Assembly: GCA_965204745.1 (NCBI GenBank)
Contig: OZ242010.1
Coordinates: 640,001 to 704,000 of the forward strand
Source of the DNA: Candidatus Latescibacterota bacterium
GTDB taxonomy: Bacteria > Latescibacterota > UBA2968
DNA: 64,000 nt
Reading direction: 5' to 3'
Below are positions 17,349-27,643 of the stretch, piece after piece; the first letter of the stretch is position 1; every line of letters begins with the position of its first letter. The position numbers and the translations under genes were made by a program. The notes beneath the pieces were generated by a model. The model was not told the DNA's origin and did no database searches. It saw nothing but the letters and a program-made list of their open reading frames with translations.

Positions 17349-18845
17349 ATGACATTTCGCAAGCGCGGACTCATCGTTGCCCTGACACTGGCTTTTGCCG
17401 CGGCCCCATCGCTCACCGCGACTGCGGAAGCCAAAGTGACCAAAGGGCAAGCCTCTGTTGCCAAACGCTCGGGCAAACTCTACATCAATCAGCGTCAATA
17501 CGACAAGGCATTGGAACAATACGCTATCGCGGCAGAAGGTCGCCCCGACGATTCGGAAGTCCAGTACTACTTGGGTTGGCTCTACGGGCAAAAAGAATTG
17601 TTCGAGGAAATGAACGAACACTACGATTTGGCCACGGACAAGAAGTGGAAAAAGAAAGTCGCGGCGGACCGCAAAGAGCTTTGGACGCGGTATTACAACC
17701 TGGGCGTCAAAGGGATGAACGCCCAAAAATTCGAGTTCGCGGTCGAGCAATTCAACCTCGCCATCACGATCAACCCCAAAGAAGCCGACGCGTTTGAGGG
17801 CTTGGCGATCACGCACCTCAATGCGGGCAATTCAGACGAGGGCATCGAGACGTACAAAAAAGCCCTTGAACTCAATTCGGAGAAGGCCCAGTCCTTTTTC
17901 AATGTCGGCGGCGCGCTGATGAACGCGAATCGGGTCGCGGAAGCCCTGGAGATGTTCCAAAAGGGCCACGCCATCGATCCCGAAGAGATCAATATTTTGC
18001 AAAACATGGCGATAGCCCAATACCGATTGGACGACAAAGAAGGCGCGTCTGAATCCGCGGAAAAAGCCTTGGCAATAGCGGGCGATGATCCCAAAATTTT
18101 GAACATCGCCGCGCAGATCTTCTTGCAGGCCGAAAACTTTGAAAAAGCCGCTGAAATCCTGGAAAAAGTGATCGAACTCCAACCCGAAAACAAGGACGCG
18201 CTGTTTAACCTCGCCCTAGCTTATCGGCAACTCGGCAAGGGCGATCAAGCCCTCGACTTCTTCCAAAAGAGCGTGGAAGCAAATCCCGACGATGTCGATT
18301 CCTGGTACCAACTCGGCTTGCTCGCGGACAAAATAGAATCGTTTGACCGAGCCGTCGAAGCCTTTGCCAAAGTCACCGAACTCCAACCCGACAATGCCCG
18401 CGCTTGGGCCGCGCTGTCCCGCGCTTATGCGCGCAAATCCGAAGTCTCGGAAGGCGAGGTCGCCGAAGAATGCGTCAAAAAAGCCACCGAAGCCTTCCAG
18501 ATGTACGAGGCACTACAGCCCGGTCACATTGAGTTGTCAGCAGACAAGATTTGCAACGAGTATGAAGATAATGAAGTTGCCGCAGACAAAAAATACAAGG
18601 GGGAAACTGTCCTTCTTCTTGGGGTAATCCGAGACATAGGCAAGTCCTTGACGAGTAAAAAGCCATATATTGTAATTGGTGGCAGTGGATTCCTTGAAGG
18701 AGTGCAATGCTTTTTTTTACGGGAGTCTTCAGTTGTAAGTCTTTCTAAAGGACAACAGGTAAGGGTCAAAGGGACCGTCCAAGGCAAAACGGAGGCCAAT
18801 TCTCTTTTCTATATTGTGGTTGACAATTGTAGCCTGATACATTAA
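17349..18845 (+). CDS. Exported multi-TPR protein with C-terminal OB-fold (tRNA_anti-like) domain
   Basis: Signal peptide ending AEA; many TPR repeats; C-terminal SADKICNEYEDNEVAADKKYKG...VQCFF...LSKGQQVRVKG...DNC. Confidence 0.85.
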   Translation: MTFRKRGLIVALTLAFAAAPSLTATAEAKVTKGQASVAKRSGKLYINQRQYDKALEQYAIAAEGRPDDSEVQYYLGWLYGQKELFEEMNEHYDLATDKKWKKKVAADRKELWTRYYNLGVKGMNAQKFEFAVEQFNLAITINPKEADAFEGLAITHLNAGNSDEGIETYKKALELNSEKAQSFFNVGGALMNANRVAEALEMFQKGHAIDPEEINILQNMAIAQYRLDDKEGASESAEKALAIAGDDPKILNIAAQIFLQAENFEKAAEILEKVIELQPENKDALFNLALAYRQLGKGDQALDFFQKSVEANPDDVDSWYQLGLLADKIESFDRAVEAFAKVTELQPDNARAWAALSRAYARKSEVSEGEVAEECVKKATEAFQMYEALQPGHIELSADKICNEYEDNEVAADKKYKGETVLLLGVIRDIGKSLTSKKPYIVIGGSGFLEGVQCFFLRESSVVSLSKGQQVRVKGTVQGKTEANSLFYIVVDNCSLIH

Positions 18846-19014
18846 GTTCAAGAAATTCAACATGGCAAAATTTGATACTGTTGCCAAACACCTCACTAGA
18901 TGTTACGCGATTGGGTAAGCGACAATGCTTATCTGACCGCTGTAACATCAGTGAAATCATTTATACAGCCCACCTATCAAGGCGTTGCCGACCATTTTAT
19001 GTTGGGAGGCGGAC

Positions 19015-20334
19015 ATGAAAATAAGACAGATCGATATTCACTCTCTGTTCGGGTATTTTGATCACGAGATACCCTTGAATGACCGTATTACCATCATCCA
19101 CGGACCAAATGGGGTCGGTAAGACGACGATTCTCCGTCTTGTCCATGATCTCTTCAAACGGCGGTTTCACTCATTGCTCAATACGCCCTTTGACCGCATT
19201 GTGATCCATTTCAAACCCAAAGGTAGCCTGACAGTTATTCGGATTGAAAGAGAAAAGTTGCAATTTATCTACAACATGGGGAAAGGACAGACCGAGCAAC
19301 ATGATTTGTCTATAAATACACAAAAAATTCTCAGAAAATATCCACCCCATTTCCTCGAAAGGATGATTGATCATATTGAACGTGTTGGTCCATCTGAGTG
19401 GTATGATGAAATCACGGGCCAGACCATGTCTTTTGATGATGTCATTCTCCGTTATGGACACTTTTTATCTCCCGATATTCGCGAATCCATCATCTCAGTT
19501 CCAGATGAAATAGAGCGCTTATTAAAAAAAATCAATATTGTCGTTGTTGAAACTCAGAGACTCTTTACAAGGCATAAAAATGGGGAATTTGTGCCTCGCT
19601 ATAGAAGAGAAGTTCCTGTCCAACGAGTGACAGTAGAGCAATACTCGGAGGATATGGTCTCCAAAATAGAAAAATGCCAACGGGAATCTGGTGAGATTGG
19701 ATCGTCTTTAGACAGTTCTTTTCCCCAACGACTTTTAGAAGCACAAATTCCTCTGGTAGCGACAAAAGAGAACATACAGAAAGAATATGACCTTCAGTCA
19801 GAATATAGAGATCGCTTGATAAAGGCTGGTCTCCTTACTGTTGAAACATCAATTCCTCTAACCCCCGAAGGCTTGGCAGAACATGAGAGGAAGGTTTTAG
19901 CGGTTTACCTCCATGATGTGAAAAAGAAATTGGCTGTATTTGAGGAACTTCTCCCTCAGATAGAACTGTTCAAAGATATCGTCAACTCGCACTTTTTGTA
20001 TAAGAAATTCAAGATAGACACAGAGAAAGGTGGTTTCGTTTTCGAGTCGGAGCACGATGGGTCTATTGTGCCCCCAACAGCACTGTCCTCTGGTGAGCAA
20101 CATGAAATTGTCCTGACATACGGACTTTTGTTCAAGGCATCGTCGGGTTCTCTCATTCTTATAGATGAACCAGAGTTGTCTCTTCACGTCACATGGCAGA
20201 GAAAGTTTCTCGAGGATATCGCTAAGATATCCGAGTTGGCTGACCTCAACTTCCTCGTCGCTACCCATTCTCCATCTATCATTAATAACCGGCGCAATCT
20301 CATGGTTAGGTTGGCAGGTGAACAGGAAGGCTGA
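19015..20334 (+). CDS. ABC-type (AAA_15/AAA_21) ATPase, PARIS AriA-like
   Basis: Walker A GPNGVGKT, signature LSSGEQ, Walker B LIDEPELSLH, ATHSP; GGGAGG Shine-Dalgarno. Confidence 0.85.
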   Translation: MKIRQIDIHSLFGYFDHEIPLNDRITIIHGPNGVGKTTILRLVHDLFKRRFHSLLNTPFDRIVIHFKPKGSLTVIRIEREKLQFIYNMGKGQTEQHDLSINTQKILRKYPPHFLERMIDHIERVGPSEWYDEITGQTMSFDDVILRYGHFLSPDIRESIISVPDEIERLLKKINIVVVETQRLFTRHKNGEFVPRYRREVPVQRVTVEQYSEDMVSKIEKCQRESGEIGSSLDSSFPQRLLEAQIPLVATKENIQKEYDLQSEYRDRLIKAGLLTVETSIPLTPEGLAEHERKVLAVYLHDVKKKLAVFEELLPQIELFKDIVNSHFLYKKFKIDTEKGGFVFESEHDGSIVPPTALSSGEQHEIVLTYGLLFKASSGSLILIDEPELSLHVTWQRKFLEDIAKISELADLNFLVATHSPSIINNRRNLMVRLAGEQEG

Positions 20335-20338
20335 CATT

Positions 20339-21193
20339 ATGGATCAGACAGGCGACTCCATTGCCAATGAATTTCTTCTCTTACGCGACACATACAAAGG
20401 ACCTGTGCTCATCCTCGAGGGAGATAATGACGAGAAACTTTTCCGCCGATTTGTCGAAGATTCCGAAATGGAGATCATTTCTGCTTTGGGGAAGGAGAAT
20501 GTTCTCGGTGCCGTTGAAATTCTCGAATCGCATGATGATGTACAGGGCTTCCTGGGAATAGTCGATGCCGATTTTGGACACGTTGATGGTTCGTTGCCAA
20601 CTTCTGAAAATATAGTCGTTACGGACGACCACGATGTCGAAATGATGATCATTAAAACCAAGGCATTTAGCGAGGTCTTGAGGGAGTTGGGTTCAGACGA
20701 CAAAATTAGCAATTTTCCTGGTGGAGAACGAGGAGTACGTCCTGCCCTGATGCAGGAAGCACTGATTATAGGCCACCTCCGCCACTTGTCTGTAACCGAC
20801 GATCTTCGCTTGCGCTTTGAGGGGCTTCGCTTTGAACTATTCGTCGACCGCGATTCGGTAAAAATGAATTTGAACAAAATGATAAATAACGTTTTTGAGT
20901 TGACGAGAAATCCACAATTAGAGATGAGAGATATTCGAGACAGGTTATTGGAACTTGGAAAAGATGCGACCGACGATCCGTATCAAATCTGCTGTGGGCA
21001 CGACTTCATCGCGATCTTTGGCATTGCCTTGAGAAAGGTTGTGGGAAGCTTGGCAAAGCAAGAGAGGGACCCTCAAAAACTGGGCATTGCGTTGCGTCTT
21101 GCGTACGACAGCGCAGATTTTCGCCAAACCAAACTCTACTCCGATGCAAAGCAGTGGTCTAAAAGGAATCGAGGCTACGACATATTCGGTTGA
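20339..21193 (+). CDS. DUF4435 / TOPRIM-like protein, PARIS AriB-like
   Basis: ILEGDND, GKENV, GIVDADF, HDVEM, CGHD motifs; starts 4 nt after the ATPase stop. Confidence 0.8.
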   Translation: MDQTGDSIANEFLLLRDTYKGPVLILEGDNDEKLFRRFVEDSEMEIISALGKENVLGAVEILESHDDVQGFLGIVDADFGHVDGSLPTSENIVVTDDHDVEMMIIKTKAFSEVLRELGSDDKISNFPGGERGVRPALMQEALIIGHLRHLSVTDDLRLRFEGLRFELFVDRDSVKMNLNKMINNVFELTRNPQLEMRDIRDRLLELGKDATDDPYQICCGHDFIAIFGIALRKVVGSLAKQERDPQKLGIALRLAYDSADFRQTKLYSDAKQWSKRNRGYDIFG

Positions 21194-21238
21194 GAAGCGA
21201 ATTTTACAGTCCACAGCACGATCCATTCGTCTCACACT

Positions 21239-21270
21239 CAAAACCCCGTGCAATAAGTGCGGGGTTTTCT
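21239..21270 (+). terminator. Possible intrinsic terminator
   Basis: AAAACCCCG-loop-CGGGGTTTT. Confidence 0.5.
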
Positions 21271-21314
21271 AACGTACGTTCACATTCACCATCCACCTTC
21301 ACGAGGAATTTTCC

Positions 21315-22325
21315 ATGTATTTGACAGATGAAAAAGTTGCTGTATTGGGCGCGGCTGGGGCCATTGGCTCCAACTTGTCGCAAACGCTCTTGGCGTCGGG
21401 CACGGGGTCTCGCGTGGCGATGTACGACCCCTTCGCGCCGGGCCTCGAAGGCGCGGCAGAGGAGGTCTATCATTGCAGCTTTCCCAATGCCGAGGTCACT
21501 TGGACGACCGAGATCGCCGAAGCACTCGAAGGCGCGTCTTATGTCATCAGTTCCGGGGGCGCGCCGCGCAAAGAGGGCATGACCCGCGAAGACCTGCGCC
21601 GCGACAATGCGGAAATCGCCAAGCAACTCGGCTTGGACATCAAACAGCACTGCCCAAATTGCAAGTTTGTCATCATCATTTTTAACCCCGCGGACATCAC
21701 GGGCCTGACCACGCTGGTGCATTCCGGACTCGCCCCCGGGCGCGTCACCACCTTGGCCGCGCTGGACAGCACGCGCTTGCAAACCCGACTGGCGCAGCAC
21801 TTCGGCATTTTGCAGAGCAAAGTCACCGGTTGCCGCACGTACGGCGGGCACGGCGAACAGATGGCCGTCTTCATCGGCGGCATCCAAATCGACGGCATCC
21901 CCTTGACCGACATTCTCGCTGGGCAAAGCGTCAATGGCGTGGGCCTAAGTGCCGAAGCCTGGGCCGATGTGCAAGAACATGTGCGCGGTGGCGGGGCGCG
22001 CATCATCGACCTGCGCGGCCGTTCTTCCTTCCAATCGCCGGCGCAACAAAGCGTGTTTATGTTGCGCGGGGTTTTGGGCGAATCCTACTCCTGGCCCTGT
22101 GGCGCGTATCTCGATGCCGAGGGGTTCGACCACATCATGATGGCGATGCCCGCGACCCTGTCCGAGGCAGGCGTGCAGTGGTCCATGCCCGAAGGCACGG
22201 CAGACGACCTGGTCGCATTGCGCGACTCCTACGATCATCTCGTAGCCCTGCGCGATCAGACCATTGCAGATGGCATTTTGCCGCCTATCGCCGAATGGCG
22301 CGACAGCAACCCCAACCTCGGTTAA
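21315..22325 (+). CDS. mdh: Malate dehydrogenase (LDH/MDH family)
   Basis: GAAGAIG, PRKEGMTREDL, NPAD, LDSTR, GGHGE. Confidence 0.85.
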   Translation: MYLTDEKVAVLGAAGAIGSNLSQTLLASGTGSRVAMYDPFAPGLEGAAEEVYHCSFPNAEVTWTTEIAEALEGASYVISSGGAPRKEGMTREDLRRDNAEIAKQLGLDIKQHCPNCKFVIIIFNPADITGLTTLVHSGLAPGRVTTLAALDSTRLQTRLAQHFGILQSKVTGCRTYGGHGEQMAVFIGGIQIDGIPLTDILAGQSVNGVGLSAEAWADVQEHVRGGGARIIDLRGRSSFQSPAQQSVFMLRGVLGESYSWPCGAYLDAEGFDHIMMAMPATLSEAGVQWSMPEGTADDLVALRDSYDHLVALRDQTIADGILPPIAEWRDSNPNLG

Positions 22326-22329
22326 TCCC

Positions 22330-23421
22330 ATGCCCTATTCTCCCGTCGGTCGACCCATCCACGCGCTCGACACGCCCGCCCTGCTCGTCGATCTCGACAA
22401 AATGGAAAACAACATCCGGCGCATGGCCGCGCGGTGTCGAGACAGCGGCTTGCACTGGCGGCCCCACGCCAAGGGCCACAAAACCCCGGCCATTGCCCAC
22501 GCGGAATTGCGCGCAGGAGCTATCGGCATCACTTGTGCCAAACTCGGGGAAGCCGAGGTCTTTGCCGATGCGGGTATTGCGGACATCCTCATCGCCAACC
22601 AAATCGTCGGAAACCAAAAAATCGCCCGCTTGGTCAACCTGTGCCGGCGCGCAGACGTGATGGTGGCCGTCGATGACCCGGTTCACATCCAAGCCATCAG
22701 CGACGCGGCAACGGGTATCGGGGTCGCCGTGCGCGTGCTCGTCGAAGTCGATGTGGGCATGCAACGCTGCGGCGTTTCCCCGGGCGCGCCCACCCTCGCG
22801 CTCGCCCGCCGAGCACGCGATGCGCCGGGGGTGATCTTCGCGGGCCTGATGGGCTACGAAGGCCACGCCATGGGCATGGACGATCCGCAAAAAGAAGCCG
22901 CGTGCCGCAAGGCGGTCAAAATCCTCGCAGAGACTCGGCGTTCGCTCCAGCGCGAGGGCCTCCCCGTCGAAATCGTCAGCGCGGGCGGCACGGGCACGCT
23001 GGCCTTTACCCCGGACTATCCCGGAATCACGGAAATTCAGGCCGGCGGCGGGATTTTCATGGACACCTATTACCGGGACAAACTCCATGTGCGCGGGTTG
23101 GAACAAGCCCTCACTGTGCTGACCACGGTGATCAGCCGTGCGGCCCCCGACCGCGCAGTTGCCGATGCCGGGCGCAAGACCACGAGCAATTACGGCACCT
23201 TGCCCGAAGTCAAAGACCGCACCGATGTCGTCGTCACGGGCCTGTCCGCCGAACACGCCGGCCTGCGCCTGACGAACAGCGATCTCAAAATCGGCGACAA
23301 AATTCAATTCATCTCCGGCTATTCCGACATGAGCGTGTTCTTGCACGACCAACTCTACGGCACGCGCAACGGTCATGTGGAGGTCGTCTGGGATATTCTG
23401 GCGCGCGGCAAAAAACAATGA
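22330..23421 (+). CDS. DSD1/D-threonine-aldolase-like PLP enzyme (alanine racemase fold)
   Basis: DTPALLVD, RPHAKGHK, GLMGYEGH, SAGGTGT, EIQAG, SAEH. Confidence 0.9.
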   Translation: MPYSPVGRPIHALDTPALLVDLDKMENNIRRMAARCRDSGLHWRPHAKGHKTPAIAHAELRAGAIGITCAKLGEAEVFADAGIADILIANQIVGNQKIARLVNLCRRADVMVAVDDPVHIQAISDAATGIGVAVRVLVEVDVGMQRCGVSPGAPTLALARRARDAPGVIFAGLMGYEGHAMGMDDPQKEAACRKAVKILAETRRSLQREGLPVEIVSAGGTGTLAFTPDYPGITEIQAGGGIFMDTYYRDKLHVRGLEQALTVLTTVISRAAPDRAVADAGRKTTSNYGTLPEVKDRTDVVVTGLSAEHAGLRLTNSDLKIGDKIQFISGYSDMSVFLHDQLYGTRNGHVEVVWDILARGKKQ

Positions 23422-24635
23422 TCGCCCTCCGCTCACTTTTCTTTTTCGCGCTCATCCCCGCTTCATTCGCCTGTGCCCAAACGGATTCGACCGCTGTGCT
23501 GTCCGTGCAGTGCCGCGATGCCGACACCGGCGCGGGCCTGCCCTACATCGCGGTCGTTTTCCGCGACTCGAGCGCGTTGCCCAGCGTGCACATTGCGGAT
23601 CTCTATGGCCGCGTAGAAGTCGAAGGGCTTTTGCCCGGCACCATCCACATCCAAGCGCGCCACCAGCACTATGCCTCGGCAGATACGGCTTTGGTTCTCC
23701 CGCGTGGGATGATTGCCCACATCCAACTTTCCCTTTCCCCCATCCCCATGCGCTTGCGCGATGAAACGCCCGTGCAAACGCTTTCCGCGCCCGAGTTGAT
23801 CCGCCGCCTCATCGCACGCCCTCGCCTGGACTATCTCCACGCGCACAACGCGGAATTGCGGGCGTACGCATTTGACGCGTACAGCAACCAACAGGTGATC
23901 GACCGCAGAACAGACGCCCCGGTCGCGGGCATCGAATACACCATCACGGGCTATTACCGCGCCCCGGATAGCCTCGTGCAACACATTACGGGCATCCGCA
24001 ACTGGGGCAGATGGCGGTTGAGCGTTTCCCCTGGCCTCGCGCAAACCCCTGCACGCGGCACGGTGGGCGACCAACCCTTTGACCTTGCGCGCCACCCCTT
24101 GGGCGCAGACGCGCTCGACCACTACCACTTTGAACGCATTTCCACAGTGCAAGTGGGCGATCTTCACGTCTCGCGCCTCGGCGTCTCACCTCGGCACGGG
24201 CACACCCCCGGCCTGCTTGGGGACATCTGGATCGCCCGGGACGACTTCTCGCTCGTGGGCTATGACCTGCGCCTCAACTTGCCCGGGCTGAGACAGTTGC
24301 GCGGCATCGAACACTGGCAGGTCTATCAGCAAAACACGCGCTACCTCAACCGACACTGGCTACCCGCCCGCCAAATTTGGACCATCAAAACCCGGGACTG
24401 GACCGCCCGCGCAACCACGCGCTGCCATCGCTACGACCTCAACCCGATCCTGTCCGATGCAATTTTCGACGCGCCCGAAATCGTCATCCTACCCGCCGCC
24501 ACCCGCAGGGACAGTGCATTCTGGGCCATGCACGCCACGGCCCGCGACACCGCGCACATCCTCATGCACAGTGACCTCCTCCACGACAACCTGCCCGCAG
24601 CGTGGCAAAAAGCAACCACCGATAACCACAGATAA
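23418..24635 (+). CDS. Exported protein with carboxypeptidase-regulatory-like N-domain (DUF5686-like C-part)
   Basis: Start MIALRS overlaps the upstream stop; signal peptide; RDADTGAGLPY...ADLYGR; RRDSAFW. Confidence 0.65.
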   Translation: MIALRSLFFFALIPASFACAQTDSTAVLSVQCRDADTGAGLPYIAVVFRDSSALPSVHIADLYGRVEVEGLLPGTIHIQARHQHYASADTALVLPRGMIAHIQLSLSPIPMRLRDETPVQTLSAPELIRRLIARPRLDYLHAHNAELRAYAFDAYSNQQVIDRRTDAPVAGIEYTITGYYRAPDSLVQHITGIRNWGRWRLSVSPGLAQTPARGTVGDQPFDLARHPLGADALDHYHFERISTVQVGDLHVSRLGVSPRHGHTPGLLGDIWIARDDFSLVGYDLRLNLPGLRQLRGIEHWQVYQQNTRYLNRHWLPARQIWTIKTRDWTARATTRCHRYDLNPILSDAIFDAPEIVILPAATRRDSAFWAMHATARDTAHILMHSDLLHDNLPAAWQKATTDNHR

Positions 24636-24967
24636 ACGCGGATAAAAGGCAAAAGGGCGTTGCCTATGCTTGCGTCTGCGAGACGAATAGCCGTAGGGCG
24701 GAGGCGGGCCGGACACGCACGGGCGGTTGGGCGGCGAGGGGAGGCCGCACGGGTGGATGAGTGGCGAGGGGAGGCACGCACGGGTGGAGGGGCATGGAGG
24801 CGGGGACTGACAACTGACCGCTTGGGGTCTTGGAATTGGGCAACCTTCTCACGTCTCGCATCTTTGGGCGAGCACGGGGGCATCGCCCCTACGAAGAGGG
24901 TTGGGCGGGGCGGCCTGACAACTGACAACTGACAACTGACCGCTTAGGGTCTTGGAATTGGGCAACC

Positions 24968-25052
24968 TTCTCACGTCTCACTTCTCACGTCTCACGTCTC
25001 ACTTCTTACTTCTTACTTCTTACTTCTTACGTCTTCCTTCTCACGTCTTACC
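24968..25052. repeat. Degenerate heptamer tandem array (TCTCACG/TCTCACT/TCTTACT)
   Basis: About 12 consecutive 7-nt units directly before the MFS start. Confidence 0.85.
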
Positions 25053-25057
25053 TTTTT

Positions 25058-26332
25058 ATGTCTTTCCCTTTCTCTCATACCCACTTCTCCCGCGACGTGC
25101 GTCTTTATTTGCTGGCCTCTGCGCTGTTTGGGTTTGTACTCTTCGGGGGCATCTATACCCTGTTGTACAACATCTATTTGTTGCGCTTGGGCTACAACAC
25201 GCAATTTGTGGGATGGGCCAATGCCACGGGCGCGCTTTTTTTTGCTCTGTCCAGCCTGCCTAGCGGGGTGCTCGGCGGGCGATGGGGTAGCCGCTCGACA
25301 ATGGTTATTGGAATCTGCGTGGCCGTGGTGGGTTTTGGATTGCTGTCGCAGGCCGAGTTGATCTCGGGCGCGATGCGCGATGCGTTTATCCTCGTCAATT
25401 ATTCCGTGGGCGTGATCGGCATTGCCCTGTTCATCGTGAATGGCACGCCGTACTTGATGGGCATTACCGGTTCTGCGGAACGAGACGCGGTGTTTGCGAT
25501 GCATGCCGCGCTGATGCCCTTGTCCGGATTTGCCGGAAGCATGTTGGGCGGCATTTTGCCGGGGTATCTCGCCGAGATGCTCGATACGTCTTTGGCCGAA
25601 CCCGCGGTGTACCGCTATACCCTGTGCGCGGGCGCGCTCTGTCTGATCCCTGCGATTTTCGCAATGCTCGCCACGCGGGATGCCCGGGTTGCGCGCAAAC
25701 AGGAGATCGCGTCCAACGCGGCCCCGCTTCCGCTGACCGCAATGATCCTCACTTCGCTCATTGCCGTTTTGCATGTTGCAGGCGAAGCCGCGGCCAGAAC
25801 CTTTTTCAATGTGTATATGGACGAGGAACTCGAGGTGGATCTGTCGCTGATTGGGGTGCAACTCGCGGGCGGACAATTGCTCGCCGTGCCCGCGGCCCTG
25901 TCTCTCCCGTTTTTCTCGGCGCGATTTGGCATCCGCCGCACCGTGGGCATGGTCACGCTGGTGACGGCCCTTTTTCTGTTGGGCATGGCCATGGTCGCCA
26001 ACTGGCTCGTCGCGGGGATGTGCTTCATAGGCATCATGGCCCTCACCGCACTGCGCCGCTCCGCGTTTGCCATTTTTCACCAAGAATTGGTCGCCGTGCG
26101 CTGGCGCACCGCCATGTCCGGCGCAGTCGCCATGATGTCGGGCATGGGCTATTCCGCAATGGCCCTCGGCGGCGGGTACATGATCCCAGTCGCGGGCTAT
26201 TCGCGCCTCTTCCTCACCGGCGCCGCGCTCACGGGCATGGGCGCGTTCCTATTTTGGATTTGTTTTCAGAGAAGACAAAAAGCGACCACGAGCCTGGCTC
26301 CGCGTGGTGTAAGTGGGGATGAAAGCGGATGA
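25058..26332 (+). CDS. MFS transporter
   Basis: About 12 hydrophobic segments; motif A-like GVLGGRWGSR and SARFGIRR. Confidence 0.9.
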   Translation: MSFPFSHTHFSRDVRLYLLASALFGFVLFGGIYTLLYNIYLLRLGYNTQFVGWANATGALFFALSSLPSGVLGGRWGSRSTMVIGICVAVVGFGLLSQAELISGAMRDAFILVNYSVGVIGIALFIVNGTPYLMGITGSAERDAVFAMHAALMPLSGFAGSMLGGILPGYLAEMLDTSLAEPAVYRYTLCAGALCLIPAIFAMLATRDARVARKQEIASNAAPLPLTAMILTSLIAVLHVAGEAAARTFFNVYMDEELEVDLSLIGVQLAGGQLLAVPAALSLPFFSARFGIRRTVGMVTLVTALFLLGMAMVANWLVAGMCFIGIMALTALRRSAFAIFHQELVAVRWRTAMSGAVAMMSGMGYSAMALGGGYMIPVAGYSRLFLTGAALTGMGAFLFWICFQRRQKATTSLAPRGVSGDESG

Positions 26333-26475
26333 AAGCGAAAGGGCGTTGGCTACGCTTGCGCGTGCGCCGGCGTGACGAATAGCGGTAGGGCGGCGGCGAG
26401 GCACGCACGGGTGGAGGGGCATGGAGGCGGGGACTGACAACTGACTACTGACAACTGACCGCTTGGGCGGCCCTC

Positions 26476-27576
26476 TTACGCCTCCCGCTTTTCCAACGGC
26501 ACGTACGGGCGGGCTTCTGGGCCTGTGTATTCTGCGAGGGGGCGGATGAGGCGGTTGTCAATGCGTTGTTCGATGATGTGGGCGGCCCAGCCGCTACAAC
26601 GACTGAGCACGAAAATGGGCGTGAAAAGTGCGGTCTCGATGCCGGCCATGTGGTATGCGGTTGCGGAGTAAAAATCCAAGTTGGGGAACAGCTTTTTCTC
26701 GTCCCACATCACCTGCTCGATAGCCTCGGAAATCTCGTACAGGGTCATATCGCCCTTGGCCTCGCTGATCCGCCGCGCCCAAAATTTGATGATCGCATTG
26801 CGTGGATCGCAGACGCGATAGACCCCGTGCCCGAACCCCATAATTAACTCCTTGCGCGCCAGCATCTCGCGCACGCCCATCGCCGCGGCATCCGGCGTCT
26901 CGAATTGCGCGATCAATTCCATCGCGTGCTCGTTTGCCCCGCCGTGCAATGGCCCGCTCAACGTGCCAATCGCGCCGGTGATACAACTGTAAAAATCCGC
27001 GAGCGTAGAGGCGCAGACGCGGGCCGTAAAGGTCGAGGCATTGAACTCGTGCTCCGCGTACAAAATCAACGACGCATCCATCATCCGACATTCCAGCGCG
27101 GAAGGCGCGTCTCGTTTGAGCATATGAAAAACGTACGTCGCGTGATCCTCCGCTTCAACATCCAGCACCTCAGGCCCCAGATGCCAGACGCCCAACATCG
27201 AGGGCAACGCGCCCAACAGTCGCAGGGCCGCGCCATTTTCAGAATCCGGCTCAGGCTCGGCAATGCCCAGCGCGGACACGCCGGTACGCAACACATCCAT
27301 CGGATGGGCATGGGCGGGCAAGGAACGCAAAACCCGCACGACCAGATCAGGCAACTGTCGATGCGCCCGCAAGCGCGCCTTCAGCGCATCCAATTCCCGT
27401 TGCGTGGGCAACGCGCCCCACAACAGCAGATGCACCACCTCTTCAAAACAGGCATTCTCTGCCAAATCCTCGATGGCATAGCCCCGATAGTGCAAGCCGT
27501 GGCCTTCCGCGCCCACCGTGCAAATGGACGTGTTGCCCGCCTTAACGCCCCTTAGCCCCGTCGTCTGTTTGCTCAT
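26476..27576 (-). CDS. prpC: 2-methylcitrate synthase
   Basis: YAEHEFNASTF, GPLHGGANE, MGFGHGVY, FPNLDFY; adjacent to prpB. Confidence 0.9.
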   Translation of the reverse strand: MSKQTTGLRGVKAGNTSICTVGAEGHGLHYRGYAIEDLAENACFEEVVHLLLWGALPTQRELDALKARLRAHRQLPDLVVRVLRSLPAHAHPMDVLRTGVSALGIAEPEPDSENGAALRLLGALPSMLGVWHLGPEVLDVEAEDHATYVFHMLKRDAPSALECRMMDASLILYAEHEFNASTFTARVCASTLADFYSCITGAIGTLSGPLHGGANEHAMELIAQFETPDAAAMGVREMLARKELIMGFGHGVYRVCDPRNAIIKFWARRISEAKGDMTLYEISEAIEQVMWDEKKLFPNLDFYSATAYHMAGIETALFTPIFVLSRCSGWAAHIIEQRIDNRLIRPLAEYTGPEARPYVPLEKREA

Positions 27577-27643
27577 CGCATCCTCCTATCGGCAAAAAAG
27601 GCCGTGAGCTTTTCACCCACGACCTTTTGCATCCTCTGGCGAT

